From assembly GCA_051294375.1 (NCBI GenBank), contig CM119263.1, positions 1,815,664 through 1,879,663 on the forward strand: a stretch of 64,000 nt of DNA, written 5' to 3'. The notes under the pieces were generated by a model that was not told where the DNA came from, searched no databases, and saw nothing but the letters and a program-made list of their open reading frames with translations. Source of the stretch: Paraspadella gotoi. Lineage: Eukaryota > Animalia > Chaetognatha. Shown here piece by piece: positions 9,901 through 21,485 of this stretch (positions are counted from its first letter, which is position 1; every line of letters starts with the position of its first letter). The translations under genes and the position numbers were made by a program.

Positions 9901-10520
9901 CGGCGCTTGGTGAGAAAAGACAGGAGAAGATCTTTTTTGCCATTCTTGTCTTTGTGTACATTATGTACGTTAAGTAAGTAAAATTGAGATGGGAAATCTC
10001 GAATTTTTTTTCCTTTTAGTTTAATCACTTTTTGGTCGGTCGTCCAACTCGTAACTACATGGTTGTTCATTTGTTTAAGACAAATCTAAAAGGACTGCTA
10101 ACGCACTTCAGGAAATTCCTAAAACTATAAAGAATAAAAGACGGAATTTCTATGCAGTGCAATATCATAAATACTTAGCTTGAAAAGTTTAGTCATGTCA
10201 TGTCATAATCATGCAATCAAAGGAAATACAGTCACCGTGGCGCAAATACATTGATGAACCGGATCTTGTTTCCTCTTACCAAAATGTTCAACCTTCTCTC
10301 CTTCAAGCGGCAATCCCTAGTCCTTTCCTGATCGGCTATCTCTCCGCCGTTCTCAAAACCCCCGGAGCCGCCCGGGCTCGTCACTTACCTCGCCCTCTTC
10401 CGCGGACTCCGCAACGCGATGATGATCATGTGTTTCGTCGCCGTCCTCCGGTGGGGGCGCTTTCTGTCGCCGCCGCTCTGCTCTGAAGGAAGATAAGAAG
10501 AAGGTGGACCTCATGACCAA
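3936..10520 (+). CDS. Spinster (SPNS1/2/3-like) major facilitator superfamily transporter, multi-exon. Exons about 3936-4152, 4638-4793, 5056-5262, 6456-6890, 7459-7875 and 10305-10520; exons 4 and 6 carry apparent indel errors
   Basis: In-phase GT-AG splicing gives NLLCYVDRNVVA|ALLPSLIEYFDID...GYFGDRWSRTRII (MFS motif A)...LRVLSGAGQACCVGVSPAIIGDIFAGKQRTIALSVFY...GTGIGYIVA...EPKRGRAE...LLQNKTYVYTTIGVT|SVNFITTGASFWTP...LNLNWALNADIMLAVVPPYGRAKAEAFQRFVGSALG|...SPFLIGYLSAVL. This matches the spinster-family motifs NYMDR, GYLGDR, EPPRG, NWAxxADILL, RxTAEAFQ and SPYLIG. Confidence 0.88.
5418..5489 (-). tRNA. tRNA-Gly-like pseudogene or Pol III cassette (anticodon TCC) within an LTR
   Basis: 72 nt. 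Acceptor stem GCGGCCA/TGGTCGT, T-stem CCGGG/CCCGG with loop GTTCTAG, anticodon loop CTTCCAA. The anticodon stem is imperfect, so it is probably not a functional tRNA. Confidence 0.6.
5840..5911 (-). tRNA. tRNA-Gly-like pseudogene or Pol III cassette (anticodon CCC) within the second LTR
   Basis: Same cassette as 5418-5489, with anticodon loop CTCCCAA. Confidence 0.6.
5964..6139. mobile_element. Short inverted-repeat (foldback) element containing a degenerate minimal hammerhead-like motif
   Basis: attaaaacggagaggtttatttt at 5964 is the near reverse complement of aaaataagcctttccgttttaat ending at 6139. Inner gacatgt/acatgtc also pair. CTGAAAA-AGGCT..AGTC-GAAA-CATG-TC lies at 6048-6081. Confidence 0.5.
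7190..7445. repeat. Intronic minisatellite of about 30 bp (aaatccccatattcttaagtccacaaatct); copies at about 8530-8664 and 9281-9480
   Basis: Tandem degenerate units read directly. Confidence 0.8.
7903..9935 (+). repeat. Second, error-rich copy of SPNS-like exon 4 (3' part), intron 4 and exon 5 (duplicates about 6615-7895); probable uncollapsed haplotype
   Basis: Colinear high identity with many single-base indels; the exon 5 copy at about 9490-9910 is frameshifted. Confidence 0.85.
8665..9280. mobile_element. MITE-like insertion (616 bp) with GGGTAGC...GCTACCC termini and a TAT target-site duplication
   Basis: 7-bp perfect TIR plus subterminal aatgctaa/ttagcatt; TAT on both flanks; absent from the homologous array at about 7240-7330 ('catattcttaag'). 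Confidence 0.75.
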
Positions 10521-10544
10521 AGGTGAGCCAAGGTTGAGCCAACG

Positions 10545-10830
10545 GTGGGAGGCATGGGCTGGCAGAGATTTAGGAGCTGGAATGGTTGGGAGGATGGGCT
10601 GGCAGGTGAGAACAATGTTGGGAAGCCATGGGGCTGGCAGGGTGAGACAAGGTTGGTAGGCCATGGGCTGGCCGGTGTAGATGTCGCGCGGAGGACGAAA
10701 GTTGGGACGGCAATGGGAGTGGCAACTGGTTAGGGTGTGTGTGGGTGGCACAGGTGAGACACAGGTTTGTGAAACATTGAGAGTGGCAAGGTGAGAACAA
10801 GGTTGGGACGGCATGGGGTGGCAAGGAATT
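10545..10830. repeat. G-rich minisatellite of about 33 bp (ggcatgggctggcaggtgagacaa...); second copy about 11520-11745
   Basis: Read directly; it follows the last recognisable SPNS-like exon. Confidence 0.8.
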
Positions 10831-10899
10831 ACCGAGTCCGGATGATAAGTAGTCCCTGGTGCGAGCTGAAGCAANNNNNNNNNNNNNNNNNNNNNNNNN

Positions 10900-11600
10900 G
10901 GATCTCTTTTTGCCATTCTTGTCTTTGTGTAACATTATGTACGTTAAGTAAGTAAAATTGAGATGGGAAATCTCGAATTTTTTTCCTTTTAGTTTAATCA
11001 CTTTTTGGTCGGTCGTCCGTCGGTATGTCTGTCGGTCTGTCCAACTCACATGGTTGTTCATTTGTTAAGACAAATCTAAAAGGACTGCTAACGCTACTTC
11101 AGGAAATCCTAAAACTATAAAGAATAAAAGACGGAATTTTCTATGCAGTGCATATCATAAATACATTAGCTTAGAAAAGTTTTTAGTCATGTCATGTCAT
11201 AATCATGCAATCAAAAGAAATACAGTCACCGTGGCGGCAATACATTGATTGAACCGGATCTTGTTTCCTTTACCAAAATGTTCAACTTCTCTCCTCAGAG
11301 CGGCATCCCTAGTCTTTCCTGATCGGCTACTCTCTCTCGCGCGTTCTCAAAACCCCCGGAGCCGCCCGGGCTCGTCACTTACCTGCCCTCTTCCGCGGAC
11401 TGCCGCAACGCGATGATGATCATGTGTTTTCGTCGCCGTCCTCGCGGTGGGGGCGCTTTTTCTTCGCCGCCGCTCTGCATCTGAAGGAAGATAAGAAGAA
11501 GGTGGACCTCATGACCAAAGGGGCAAGGTGAGCCAAGGTTGGAGGCTGGGGGTGGCATGGTCAGACAAAGGTGGGAGGCATGGGCTGGCAGGTGAGACAA
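10900..11600 (+). repeat. Duplicate of about 9928-10600, including a second copy of the SPNS-like last exon (about 11298-11520)
   Basis: Colinear near-identity starting right after an N gap. Confidence 0.85.
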
Positions 11601-12581
11601 TGTTGGGAGGCCATGGGGCTGGCAAGGTTAGACAAGGTTGGCAGGCATGGGCTGGCAGGTGAAGACAATGTTGGGAGGGCAAATGGGGCTGGCAGGGTGA
11701 GACAGTGTTGGAGTAGGGGGCATGGGCTGGGCGTGAGACAAAGGTTTTGTGGGGGAGATCTCTTCCTCTCTCCTCTCCTCTGTGGGGTCTGCTCTCCTCT
11801 CTTCTCATTCTCTCCTCCCCTCCTCTCCTCCATCCGCTTCATCTCTGTTCCGAGCACTCTCATATACTTACATTCCTGAGGTCTTGCTCACATGCAACGT
11901 TTTGAATACAATGTCATTGAAATCAAAGTTATTTCACGCACAGATTGTAGAAGACGTCGTGAAACTTCACAAATATCACATGGCGCGGGGAAAGAGACTG
12001 AGGTCCAACGGAGTTTCTCCCACTTTGCAAGATTCCGTTTTAGTCGGAGAGTTTAATGTGATCAGCGTGTGAGAACGAAAAACAATTTTAAAAATATATT
12101 TTAAGTAATTTTAGATATTACGCTTTATTTTATATTCCTAAAGTTGATTTATAATAAAAAATGTTTATTCTCGCTCGAATTTCCGAAGAATATCGCTATT
12201 TTCTCGAAGCATATTTTTTTTATATTTGTGTTGTGCTAGCTCGGGTTGAAATTATAAAATAATCCACCTCCTCGACCCCTAAAAGTTTACGACGTCTTCC
12301 TCCGAGCGCGAAACATGCTGAAGACCGGGCCCAACTGACAAACCCGGACCCACGCATTATTAGATGGCCGTCAGGTCCTTACAATTGTTGCTACTATATC
12401 TAATGATCTGACTCGTATTTCATGAATAATAAGTAAAATAAATGAACATTTTTTAAAGAATATATATATCATTCGAAACAAAAAAAATATAAATGTTTAT
12501 CAGTCTTTATCAAATTTTCGAAATAAAAAAAAACCATCGTCAAAAATCATAAAAAAATAATCGCAGTCAATCCACAAACTT

Positions 12582-14544
12582 TCAAGACGCGTCGGAATTC
12601 CGCGCCGTCATCTTCGCCGGCGCCGAGGGCGGCAGATAAACGCGCCGGGTCATGGCGTAGAAGAGAGCGGCGACGCACGCGACGCCGAGACCCGCCGTCA
12701 ACCAGAGCGTCAAGTTGGTCTTGCGTCGCGACGCCGGTTTGCTGTCGTGTCTTCGATTCATTCTCCTCTTCACCACCGATTCGCCGCCGCCGTGTCGAGC
12801 ATCTTGAAGGATCTCTGCGGCGCCACGGCCCGCTGGGGTTTTGCAAACGTCGCCGTTGATTCGTGGACCGGCGTCGGTAAACATGGCGGCGACGTCGTTT
12901 CGAAGGAGCGTCTCTTCTTCCATGACCAGAAAATCGGGCGGGTTTTCTCTATCGGCGGCCTCGCCTTCGAAAAACCCCTGGCGTTCTTCTTCGAAAAAGN
13001 NNNNNNNNNNNNNNNNNNNNNNNNNNNNNNNNNNNNNNNNNNNNNNNNNNNNNNNNNNNNNNNNNNNNNNNNNNNNNNNNNNNNNNNNNNNNNNNNNNNN
13101 NNNNNNNNNNNNNNNNNNNNNNNNNNNNNNNNNNNNNNNNNNNNNNNNNNNNNNNNNNNNNNNNNNNNNNNNNNNNNNNNNNNNNNNNNNNNNNNNNNNN
13201 NNNNNNNNNNNNNNNNNNNNNNNNNNNNNNNNNNNNNNNNNNNNNNNNNNNNNNNNNNNNNNNNNNNNNNNNNNNNNNNNNNNNNNNNNNNNNNNNNNNN
13301 NNNNNNNNNNNNNNNNNNNNNNNNNNNNNNNNNNNNNNNNNNNNNNNNNNNNNNNNNNNNNNNNNNNNNNNNNNNNNNNNNNNNNNNNNNNNNNNNNNNN
13401 NNNNNNNNNNNNNNNNNNNNNNNNNNNNNNNNNNNNNNNNNNNNNNNNNNNNNNNNNNNNNNNNNNNNNNNNNNNNNNNNNNNNNNNNNNNNNNNNNNGC
13501 GACGGAGTCCCGGAAATGACGCCGGATCTTTCGCGACGCCCGAAGTCGGCGCTGACGTCTTTCGCTTCGCTGAAATGGAACGCATGACATTACATGATCG
13601 TTCGCTCGCTTGAGATATAAATGTGGATAAATGTGAACCTAGGCAATGCCCGACTACATAAATGAATTCTTATTTCGATTATTTGTCAACGATTATGTTA
13701 GAAGTAATTTTTTGCAGAAAGATTAGCTAAAAGATTAGCTAAAAGATTAGCTGAAAGATTAGCTGAAAGATTAGCAAAAACGGATGATGCTTGCGTAAAC
13801 AAGCCAGTGACATGGGGTGGTCCAAAGCCCTGAGCGCCAGCCGTCAGGAGATGCCTCACACCTCGGGCATCACGAACGCCCCCCAGTTGCCATACACACA
13901 CATTAAGACTCACCCCGGCTACTTACCTAAAACTTTCTCCAGCCTTTTGTGATGTTTGACTTTGAGTCTCAGCGGCTTCTCCGTCGCCTTCGCCAGGATC
14001 GAGAGGAATTCCCTTTGCTTGACCTTCTCGACTGACCGACCATTGACGCCGAGAATGCGGTCGCCGAGACGGACGCGTCCGTCGTCGGCAACGACGCCAC
14101 CCTGGTGGGCGTGGCCATGGGGATTAGGAGGTAAAAAATGATGACAGTTATGGATCTTCACGCATCACATGGATAATTTTCCCATCACGTGACCTCGTAA
14201 ATGTGAACGACGAAAATTCCCGCGTTCGCCGACTTTTTGTTGTGAGAGACGATGAAGGGATGATCGACGCCTCCCTTGACCGAGATGCCTAATCCTCCAG
14301 CGCCGGACGGAAGCACCACCTCTTCCATTTTCGACTCCTTGGCTTTTGAGGCGTCGGCTGCGTCGACCGCGTCGACTGCGTCCGCTTCTGCCGCGTCCGC
14401 CTCCGCCTCTGCCGCGTAGGCCTCCTTCTCTGCCGCGTCGGCTTCTGCAGCTGCTGTCAACGCTTTCGTCAACTCAAAGACGTCAATTTGTCGATTTATC
14501 GGCTTCGACTTTGCCCTCGGGACCATCGTGTCGCCGACGCTCAT
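12582..14544 (-). CDS. Single-PDZ protein with a C-terminal transmembrane anchor, SYNJ2BP/OMP25-like. Exons 14194-14544, 13927-14101 and 12582-13569 (the last spans an N gap)
   Basis: Splicing joins EEVVLPSGAGGLGISVKGGVDHPF...AGIFVVHIYE|GGVVADDGRVRLGDRILGVNGRSVEKVKQREFLSILAKA...LRLKVKH, a complete PDZ fold with a GLGI carboxylate loop. The C-terminus is LTLWLTAGLGVACVAALFYAMTRR, a hydrophobic helix flanked by basic residues. Joining across the gap is inferred. Confidence 0.75.
13717..13777. repeat. 12-bp tandem repeat (aaagattagct[a/g]) in the PDZ gene intron; also at 19121-19180
   Basis: Read directly from the sequence. Confidence 0.9.
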
Positions 14545-15129
14545 TGTTTTCCTCGGCCGCTGCTCTCTTGTTTTTTTGTCGCGAAATAAAAAATAAGAAA
14601 AAAAAAAAGAAAAAATAAGAAAAAAAAGAACTAGAAAAATGTAAAAAACATGAAATCTGGTTAGAGGGAGATTTTAAATGACACGTTCTCGGGAAGATTT
14701 TAATCGCGAAGTTTTTTTTCTCATTTTAAAAGTTTTCGAATTTTTCGAATATTGCGAATCGGTTTAGTAGCGAATTCTCGGCTTTATTAACTCAGGATAT
14801 ATTGTATGAAGCTAAATGAATTAAAAACGTTCCTTGAAATTCGAAATAAAATATTTTTTCCACCTAATTATCCATCATTAATTGACTAATTTGGTGAATA
14901 AATTAATAATTAACAAATATTTACGATTGTGTAATGGGAGAAGGCGTCTGTATGTAGAATTCTACAAATGTTGCGGATTTTTAATAAATAAATAAAAAGT
15001 ATATTTGATATTAACGCATTTTTATCAACAACAAAAAAGGCGAAAACATCATGTGTCTTTATTAACTAAACCGAGAATAATATAAACGATTATTTCTTGA
15101 ATTAATTTTCACAGAGGCGTTTTTAGCCG

Positions 15130-16078
15130 TCACATGTGCTGTGAATTCTCTTTCTTTGGCTTCGGCAAGGGGAAATCTTTCATCGTGATTTGGTTCACAG
15201 TGTCGCTGTATTCACGCGCCAACTTTCTCCGTTCGTAGTCTTCCTCAATCTCCTAACAACGAAACAAGTTTTTATTAAAAAAAGATGTTTTCCTTTGGCT
15301 TTCAATCTGTTTAACTTAGAGGAGTCTCATCAGTGATGAGTCATCACTTATGCTACTTATTTATGATTCTTTCTTTTTCCTAATATAAGTCTATCAGTTT
15401 GTTGTTGGATGTTGTCGGCATTACCATAATTAAAAAAATATGTACAAAAAAGAAAAAACAACTATGATTTTAGAATGCTTTTAAGAAAAGTAAAGTAAAG
15501 TAAAGACTTTATCTAATACACTCACCCCTTTTCCTTAACTTATCTCTCCACCTGCAACCGCTTAATAACCTTAAACTGCCCCAGCATCTGCTACCTGCTA
15601 CAAGCACAGCACTTGATCCTGCACCTGCTTTGATCTAGGGATCCGACAGTCGTTTTTGCAGCAGATGATGATTATGATAGCGAGGACGAATGTGCAGCAC
15701 ATAAAGAGGATCATCCAGGCACGTATCGGCCCTATGACCTGGTCGACAGGCGTTACCAAGAAACGAAACTAAAATAAACTTCACTTACGATAAAATGAAA
15801 TATTTTTAATAGAAGATGAAGACATGTTTGGACCAGTTTTCTGTACTGTAATTAAGCCGAAATAATTTCACCTCGTTAAGAGTATTACTTTATCTTCCCA
15901 ATAGAATAATAATAATATAATAATAATAATAATAATAATAANNNNNNNNNNAATAATAATAATAATAATAATAATAATTTCACCTCATTAAGAGTCTTAC
16001 TTTATCTTCCCAAGAGAATTCTTTTTCCAAATCGAAAAATGGACTCAAATCTTCGGGATTCCAGGTCACCGGCGCCAT
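15130..16078 (-). CDS. TMIE: TMIE (transmembrane inner ear protein) homolog, 104 aa. Exons 16001-16078, 15625-15738 and 15130-15252
   Basis: Three phase-0 GT-AG exons: MAPVTWNPEDLSPFFDLEKEFSWEDK|VIGPIRAWMILFMCCTFVLAIIIIICCKNDCRIPRSKQ|EIEEDYERRKLAREYSDTVNQITMKDFPLPKPKKENSQHM*. This matches the TMIE signature R.W...FVL.III..CC...CR(V/I)PR...EIE..Y..RK.A..Y.D. Confidence 0.88.
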
Positions 16079-16192
16079 TTTATTTATTTACTCAACCAAT
16101 TAATTAATAACTTTCCACTTAATTATTTTCATTGTTTTATTTTGATTAGTTAAAGTTCCAGAGTTTTCATCTTGCGGTGATCGCTCTGGTCC

Positions 16193-16206
16193 GTTGCCAT
16201 AGAAAC
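16193..16206. promoter_or_regulatory. RFX X-box-like motif GTTGCCATAGAAAC, about 115 bp upstream of the TMIE ATG
   Basis: Close match to the palindromic X-box consensus, in a promoter-proximal position; the second copy at about 21697 lacks one C. Confidence 0.6.
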
Positions 16207-17181
16207 GCCGAGAAATCGACCCGGGATGGATGATTGCGTGTTCGGATTGAAACCATTTCTTTCTCTTGGTGGGTGGGAGGTAATTATTTCGAAATATTTC
16301 ACATTTTTCATACAAAAAAGGTTTAAAAACAGTTAACAAAAAGCACACAGTCAATAGTGATAATTTAGTGTAAAAATAAATATGAAGTGATAAAAAAAAT
16401 TTCAATAATCAAAATTAGCTTCAGTCAGACATAAATTATATCTATCCTTCAAGAAATGATTTATTTCATTATAAACCATATTATAATTTTAATAATTTGC
16501 AATTGTATTATAAACCATACAAATAAAAAGCAGCTGAAATGGCCGAGCTCATTTGAATTAAAAAAGGATTTAATCTAAAAATATTTCAAGTCTTGGTCCT
16601 CTACCTTACTTCTGACTTCTACCGCTGACTTTAGGCAAATTCATATATCGTATATATATATATATACGATATATATATATATTTGGTAAATAAATCAAGA
16701 CATGGTGTGGCTTAATAAAACAAAAACATAAAATATTGTTCGAAAATTCTCAAGATGTCGTTCATGTCCAATTCCGTGCCTCAGACTTGAGTAAAAAAAC
16801 AAATGAACAGAAATTTTATGAATTGATCGAAATTTTACATTCGGTTACTTATATTATATTTGTATATTATTTTATATTTGTATTGCAGTGAAATACTTTT
16901 TTTTATTTTCGTTATCTTCATTGACCCTTTTCTTTAATCGCGTGTTGTTCGTTTTCCTCTAATCATTGTTTAATGTTTATAATTCTTTACCAATTGTAAT
17001 TAAGGCGACAACCGGCACAAGAAAATATTTTAACAAATTTAATTTCAAAATTGAAAAACGATTCTTATTCTCATCAACTTTTTCGAGAAAACTTTAACGA
17101 ATTCTGTCTACGTCACTTTTATTAATAGATTTCGGTAAAAACGTCCTTGAAAAATTGGAAGATGCAAAATCTAAAAAAAAG

Positions 17182-17286
<105 letters not shown>

Positions 17287-17857
17287 AGATGATTAATAGG
17301 ATTTTAAAGAAAAACTCTCTTTCGCTTCTCAAATCATCGCGTTTCCGCTTTTCGCTTCTTTTCGCTTCTCGACGCAAAATCCGCGCAAACTTTTCACAAT
17401 TTAAAAATAAAAAGACGAAGTGGGAACAATCAGAACCGGATAAAACCATCATTTTTTTATTTATACATCTCTTAGTATAATATTGTAAGATCTATCTTGA
17501 TTTTTCAATTCTGAATTAAATTTCTTTTAGTTAAAAACTTGATCAATTTTAGTTTGGACATCAACAACTTTTAATCATTGTTTGATTTGTTTCCGTTCAA
17601 GACGAAACTCGTTAATTCAATGTTAAATAGACGAGTGACAAATGTTAATCATTAGCTAACGACAATTTTCAATTCAATTCAAGTCAGTTCAATTCAATTC
17701 AATCTAATTGAATTCAATTCAATTTAAATTCAATTAAAATTGTATAAAAACTTAAGTTAAATTCAATTTAAATCCTCTTTAAATTTAATTGAATTCAATT
17801 ATATAAGTTAATAAAATTACTAATTTTAGAATTAATTTTGTTTTTAAGATCAATAAT

Positions 17858-18060
17858 TTGGTTAGGGATTAGTTTAAGGATTAGGGTTAAGGATTAGGAT
17901 AAGAATTTGGTTAGAAATTTGGTTATGCATTAGAGTTATGGATTAGAGTTAAAGGTTAAAGAGACAAAAGTAAGGATTAGGGTAAGGAATTAGGTAATTA
18001 AAGATTAGAATAAAATATTAGCTTAGGGATAAAGCATTTGGAATAAGATTAGATTTAAGA
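17858..18060. repeat. Degenerate TTAGGG-like hexamer array (also about 26178-26370, 44220-44404 and 55140-55330; complementary CCCTAA-like arrays at about 43735-43865 and 54660-54790)
   Basis: Repeating ttaggg/ttaagg/ttagga units. Confidence 0.6.
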
Positions 18061-18231
18061 CTAATATTAAATTGTTGGATAAGGAATCGGACGCTCTTGG
18101 AAAACAGTGCCGAAATTGTAATCTTTGTTTACTTTTCAAGAAAAAAAAGACCTCATCTCGTGACCACAAAAGTAAAATGGAATTTCAAAAAATTGGCCAA
18201 AAAATTTGAGGGAAAAAAATAGAGAGAAATT

Positions 18232-18367
18232 TCAGATGATTATTTCTCGTCTCAAGTTTCGAATTATGCAGGAGAAACAATTTTCACAATTCGATTTTTC
18301 GTTCAGGATTTTTCTGACTTCCTCGTCGAGCGAGAGGCTTTTTTCGTCGTCGTCGTCGTCGTCGTCA

Positions 18368-18407
<40 letters not shown>

Positions 18408-18886
18408 GTCCAAATAAACCTTTGCTTTGGAATTTCTCTTCAATCTCCTTCGATTCCATTCCTTGCCAACCGAGGGCGCCGCTTAAATTCGACGTCGATC
18501 GAAAAACGGCGTCGTTACGAAACCGTCTCCGATCTTTTAATGACGCCGCCACGCTTTCTTGCTCGTGACGGCGCCCCAAGGACGACGCCCTGATTTTTAG
18601 AGGGCGTTCTATGGTTTCAGGACCGCGTCGGCGGCGCTGTTTATCGAGCGAAGGCGCAGTAGATGGCGGCGGCGTCGGCGGGGTTGTTTCCATTTTATTG
18701 GCGGGTAACGTCGTTGTCGTCGTCGTTGTCGACAACAATGGCTGCAACGACGACGACGACGACGACAGGGCGCGTTGTATCGACAGGCGTCGGAAATATC
18801 GGCGTCTGGAAAAATCGACGTCTTTCGTTTCTAGATTCTTTGAAAGGAATTCCCCTACACTAGGGGTCGTCGTCGTCGTCGTCGTC
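18232..18886 (-). CDS. Cleaner duplicate of the 3' low-complexity coding part of the ZFP36-like gene (see 26540-32195)
   Basis: Open frame TPSVGEFLSKNLETK...DDDD...EKSLSLDEEVRKIL, homologous to 26540-27180. Confidence 0.55.
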
Positions 18887-18889
18887 GAG

Positions 18890-19943
18890 AGAGAAATGCG
18901 CGACGGAGTCCGGAAATGACGCCGGATCTTTCGCGACGCCGAAAGTCGGCGCTGACGTCTTTGCTTTCGCTGAAATGGAACGCATGACATTACATGATCG
19001 TTCGCTCGCTTGAGATATAAATTGTGGATAAATGTGAACCTAGGCAATGCCCGACTACATAAATGAATTCTATTTCGATTATTTGTCAACGATTATGTTA
19101 GAAGTAATTTTGTTTAGCAAGAAAGATTAGCTAAAAGATTAGCTAAAAGATTAGCTGAAAGATTAGCTGAAAGATTAGCAAAAACGGATGATGCTTGCGT
19201 AAACAAGCCAGTGACATGGGGTGGACCAAAGCCATGAGCGCCAGCCGTCAGGAGATGCCTCACACCTCGGGCATCACGAACGCCCCAGTAGCCATACACC
19301 CACATAAGACTTACCCCGGCTACTTACCTAAAACTTTCTCCAGCCTTTTGTGATGTTTGACTTTGAGTCTCAGCGGCTTCTCCGTCGCCTTCGCCAGGAT
19401 TGAGAGGAATTCCCTTTGCTTGACCTTCTCGACTGACCGACCATTGACGCCGAGAATGCGGTCGCCGAGACGGACGCGTCCGTCGTCGGCAACGACGCCA
19501 CCCTGGTGGGCGTGGCCATGGGGATCAGGGGGTAAAAAAAGATCACAGTTATGGATCTTCACAAATCACATGGATAATTTTCCATCACGTGACCTCGTAA
19601 ATGTGAACGACGAAAATTCCCGCGTTCGCAGACTTTTTGTTGTGAGAGACGATGAAGGGATGATCGACGCTCCCTTGACCGAGATGCCTAATCCTCCAGC
19701 GCCGGACGGAAGCACCACCTCTTCCATTTTCGACTCCTTGGCTTTGGAGGCGTCGGCTGCGTCGACCGCGTCGACTGCGTCCGCTTCCGCCGCGTCCGCC
19801 TCCGCCTCTGCCGCGTAGGCCTCCTTCTCTGCCGCTCGGCTTCTGCAGCTGCTGTCAACGCTTTTCGTCAACTCAAAGACGTCAATTTGTCGATTTATCG
19901 GCTTCGACTTTGCCCTCGGGACCATCGTGTCGCCGACGCTCAT
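18890..19943 (-). CDS. Second copy of the PDZ protein gene (frameshifted, 3' end missing)
   Basis: ORFs 19566-19943 and 19320-19562 repeat the first copy. Confidence 0.6.
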
Positions 19944-20509
19944 TGTTTTCCTCGGCCGCTGCTCTCTTGTTTTTTTGTCGCGAAATAAAAAATAAGAAAA
20001 AAAAAAAGAAAAAATAAGAAAAAGGATGTAAAAATCATGAAATCTGGTTAGAGGTAGATTTTAAATGACACGTTCTCGGAATATTTTAATCGCGAAGTTT
20101 TTTTTCTCATTTTAAAAGTTTTCGAATTTTTCGAATATTGCGAATCGTTTAGTACGAATTCTCGGCTTTATTAACTCAGGATATATTGTATGAAGCTAAA
20201 TGAATTAAAAACGTTCCTTGAAATTCGAAATAAAATATTTTTTCCACCTAATTATCCATCATTAATTGACTAATTTGGTGAATAAATTAATAATTAACAA
20301 ATATTTACGATTGTGTAATGGGAGAAGGCGTCTGTATGTAGAATTCTACAAATGTTGCGGATTTTTAATAAATAAATAAAAAGTATATTTGATATTAACG
20401 CATTTTTATCAACAACAAAAAGGCGAAACATCATGTGTCTTTATTAACTAAACGAGAATAATATAAACGATTATTTCTTGAATTATTTTCACAGAGGCGT
20501 TTTTAGCCG

Positions 20510-21213
20510 TCACATGTGCTGTGAATTCTCTTCTTTGGCTTCGGCAAGGGGAAATCTTTCATCGTGATTGGTTCACAGTGTCGCTGTATTCACGCGCCAA
20601 CTTTTCTCCGTCGTAGTCTCCTCCATCTCCTAACAACGAACAAGTTTTATATTAAAAAAGATGTTTTCCTTTGGCTTTCATCTGTTTAACTTAGAGGAGT
20701 CTCATCAGTGATGAGTCATATATAAATGATTCTTTCTTTTTTCCTAATATATAGTCTATTCGTTTGTTGTTGGATGTTGTCGCATTACCATAATTAAAAA
20801 AATATGTACAAAAAGAAAAAACAACTATGATTTTAGAATGCTTTTAAGAAAAGTAAAGTAAAGTAAAGACTTATCTAATACACTCACCCTTTTCCTTACT
20901 TATCTCTCCACCTGCAACCGCTTAATAACCTTAAACGCCCCAGCATCTGCTACCTGTACAAGCACAGCACTTGATCCTGCACCTGCTTTGATCTAGGGAT
21001 CCGACACAGTCGTTTTTGCAGCAGATGAGATGATGATTAGCTAGGACGAATGGTGCAAGCACATAAAGAGGATCATCCAGGCACGTATCGCCCTATGACC
21101 TGGTCGACAGGCGTTACCAAGAAACGAAACTAAAATAAACTTCACTTACGATAAAATGAAATATTTTTAATAGAAGATGAAGCATGTTGGAGCAGTTTTC
21201 TGTTCGACGTGTC

Positions 21214-21254
<41 letters not shown>

Positions 21255-21452
21255 AAAGAAGAAAAGAGAGAGAGATTTCATGTCTATCGAAAAATGTACT
21301 GTAATTAAGCCGAAATAATTCACCTCGTTAAGAGTATTACTATTATCTCCATAGAATAATAATAATATAATAATAATATAATAATAATAAAATAATAATA
21401 ATAATTAATATAATAATTAATAATATAATAATAATAATAATAATAATAATTT

Positions 21453-21485
<33 letters not shown>

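Noticed and set aside
7903-11600. Alternative-exon cassette or tandem paralogs of the SPNS-like gene
   Set aside because: The duplicates include introns, differ mainly by random indels and abut gaps, which fits haplotype or read redundancy.
15295-15345. Minus-strand CTGATGA...GAAA hammerhead candidate (also about 20675-20715)
   Set aside because: Stem II does not pair convincingly and there is no stem III/NUH.
17858-18060. Interstitial telomere
   Set aside because: The repeats are highly degenerate and short; a repeat-element component is more likely.
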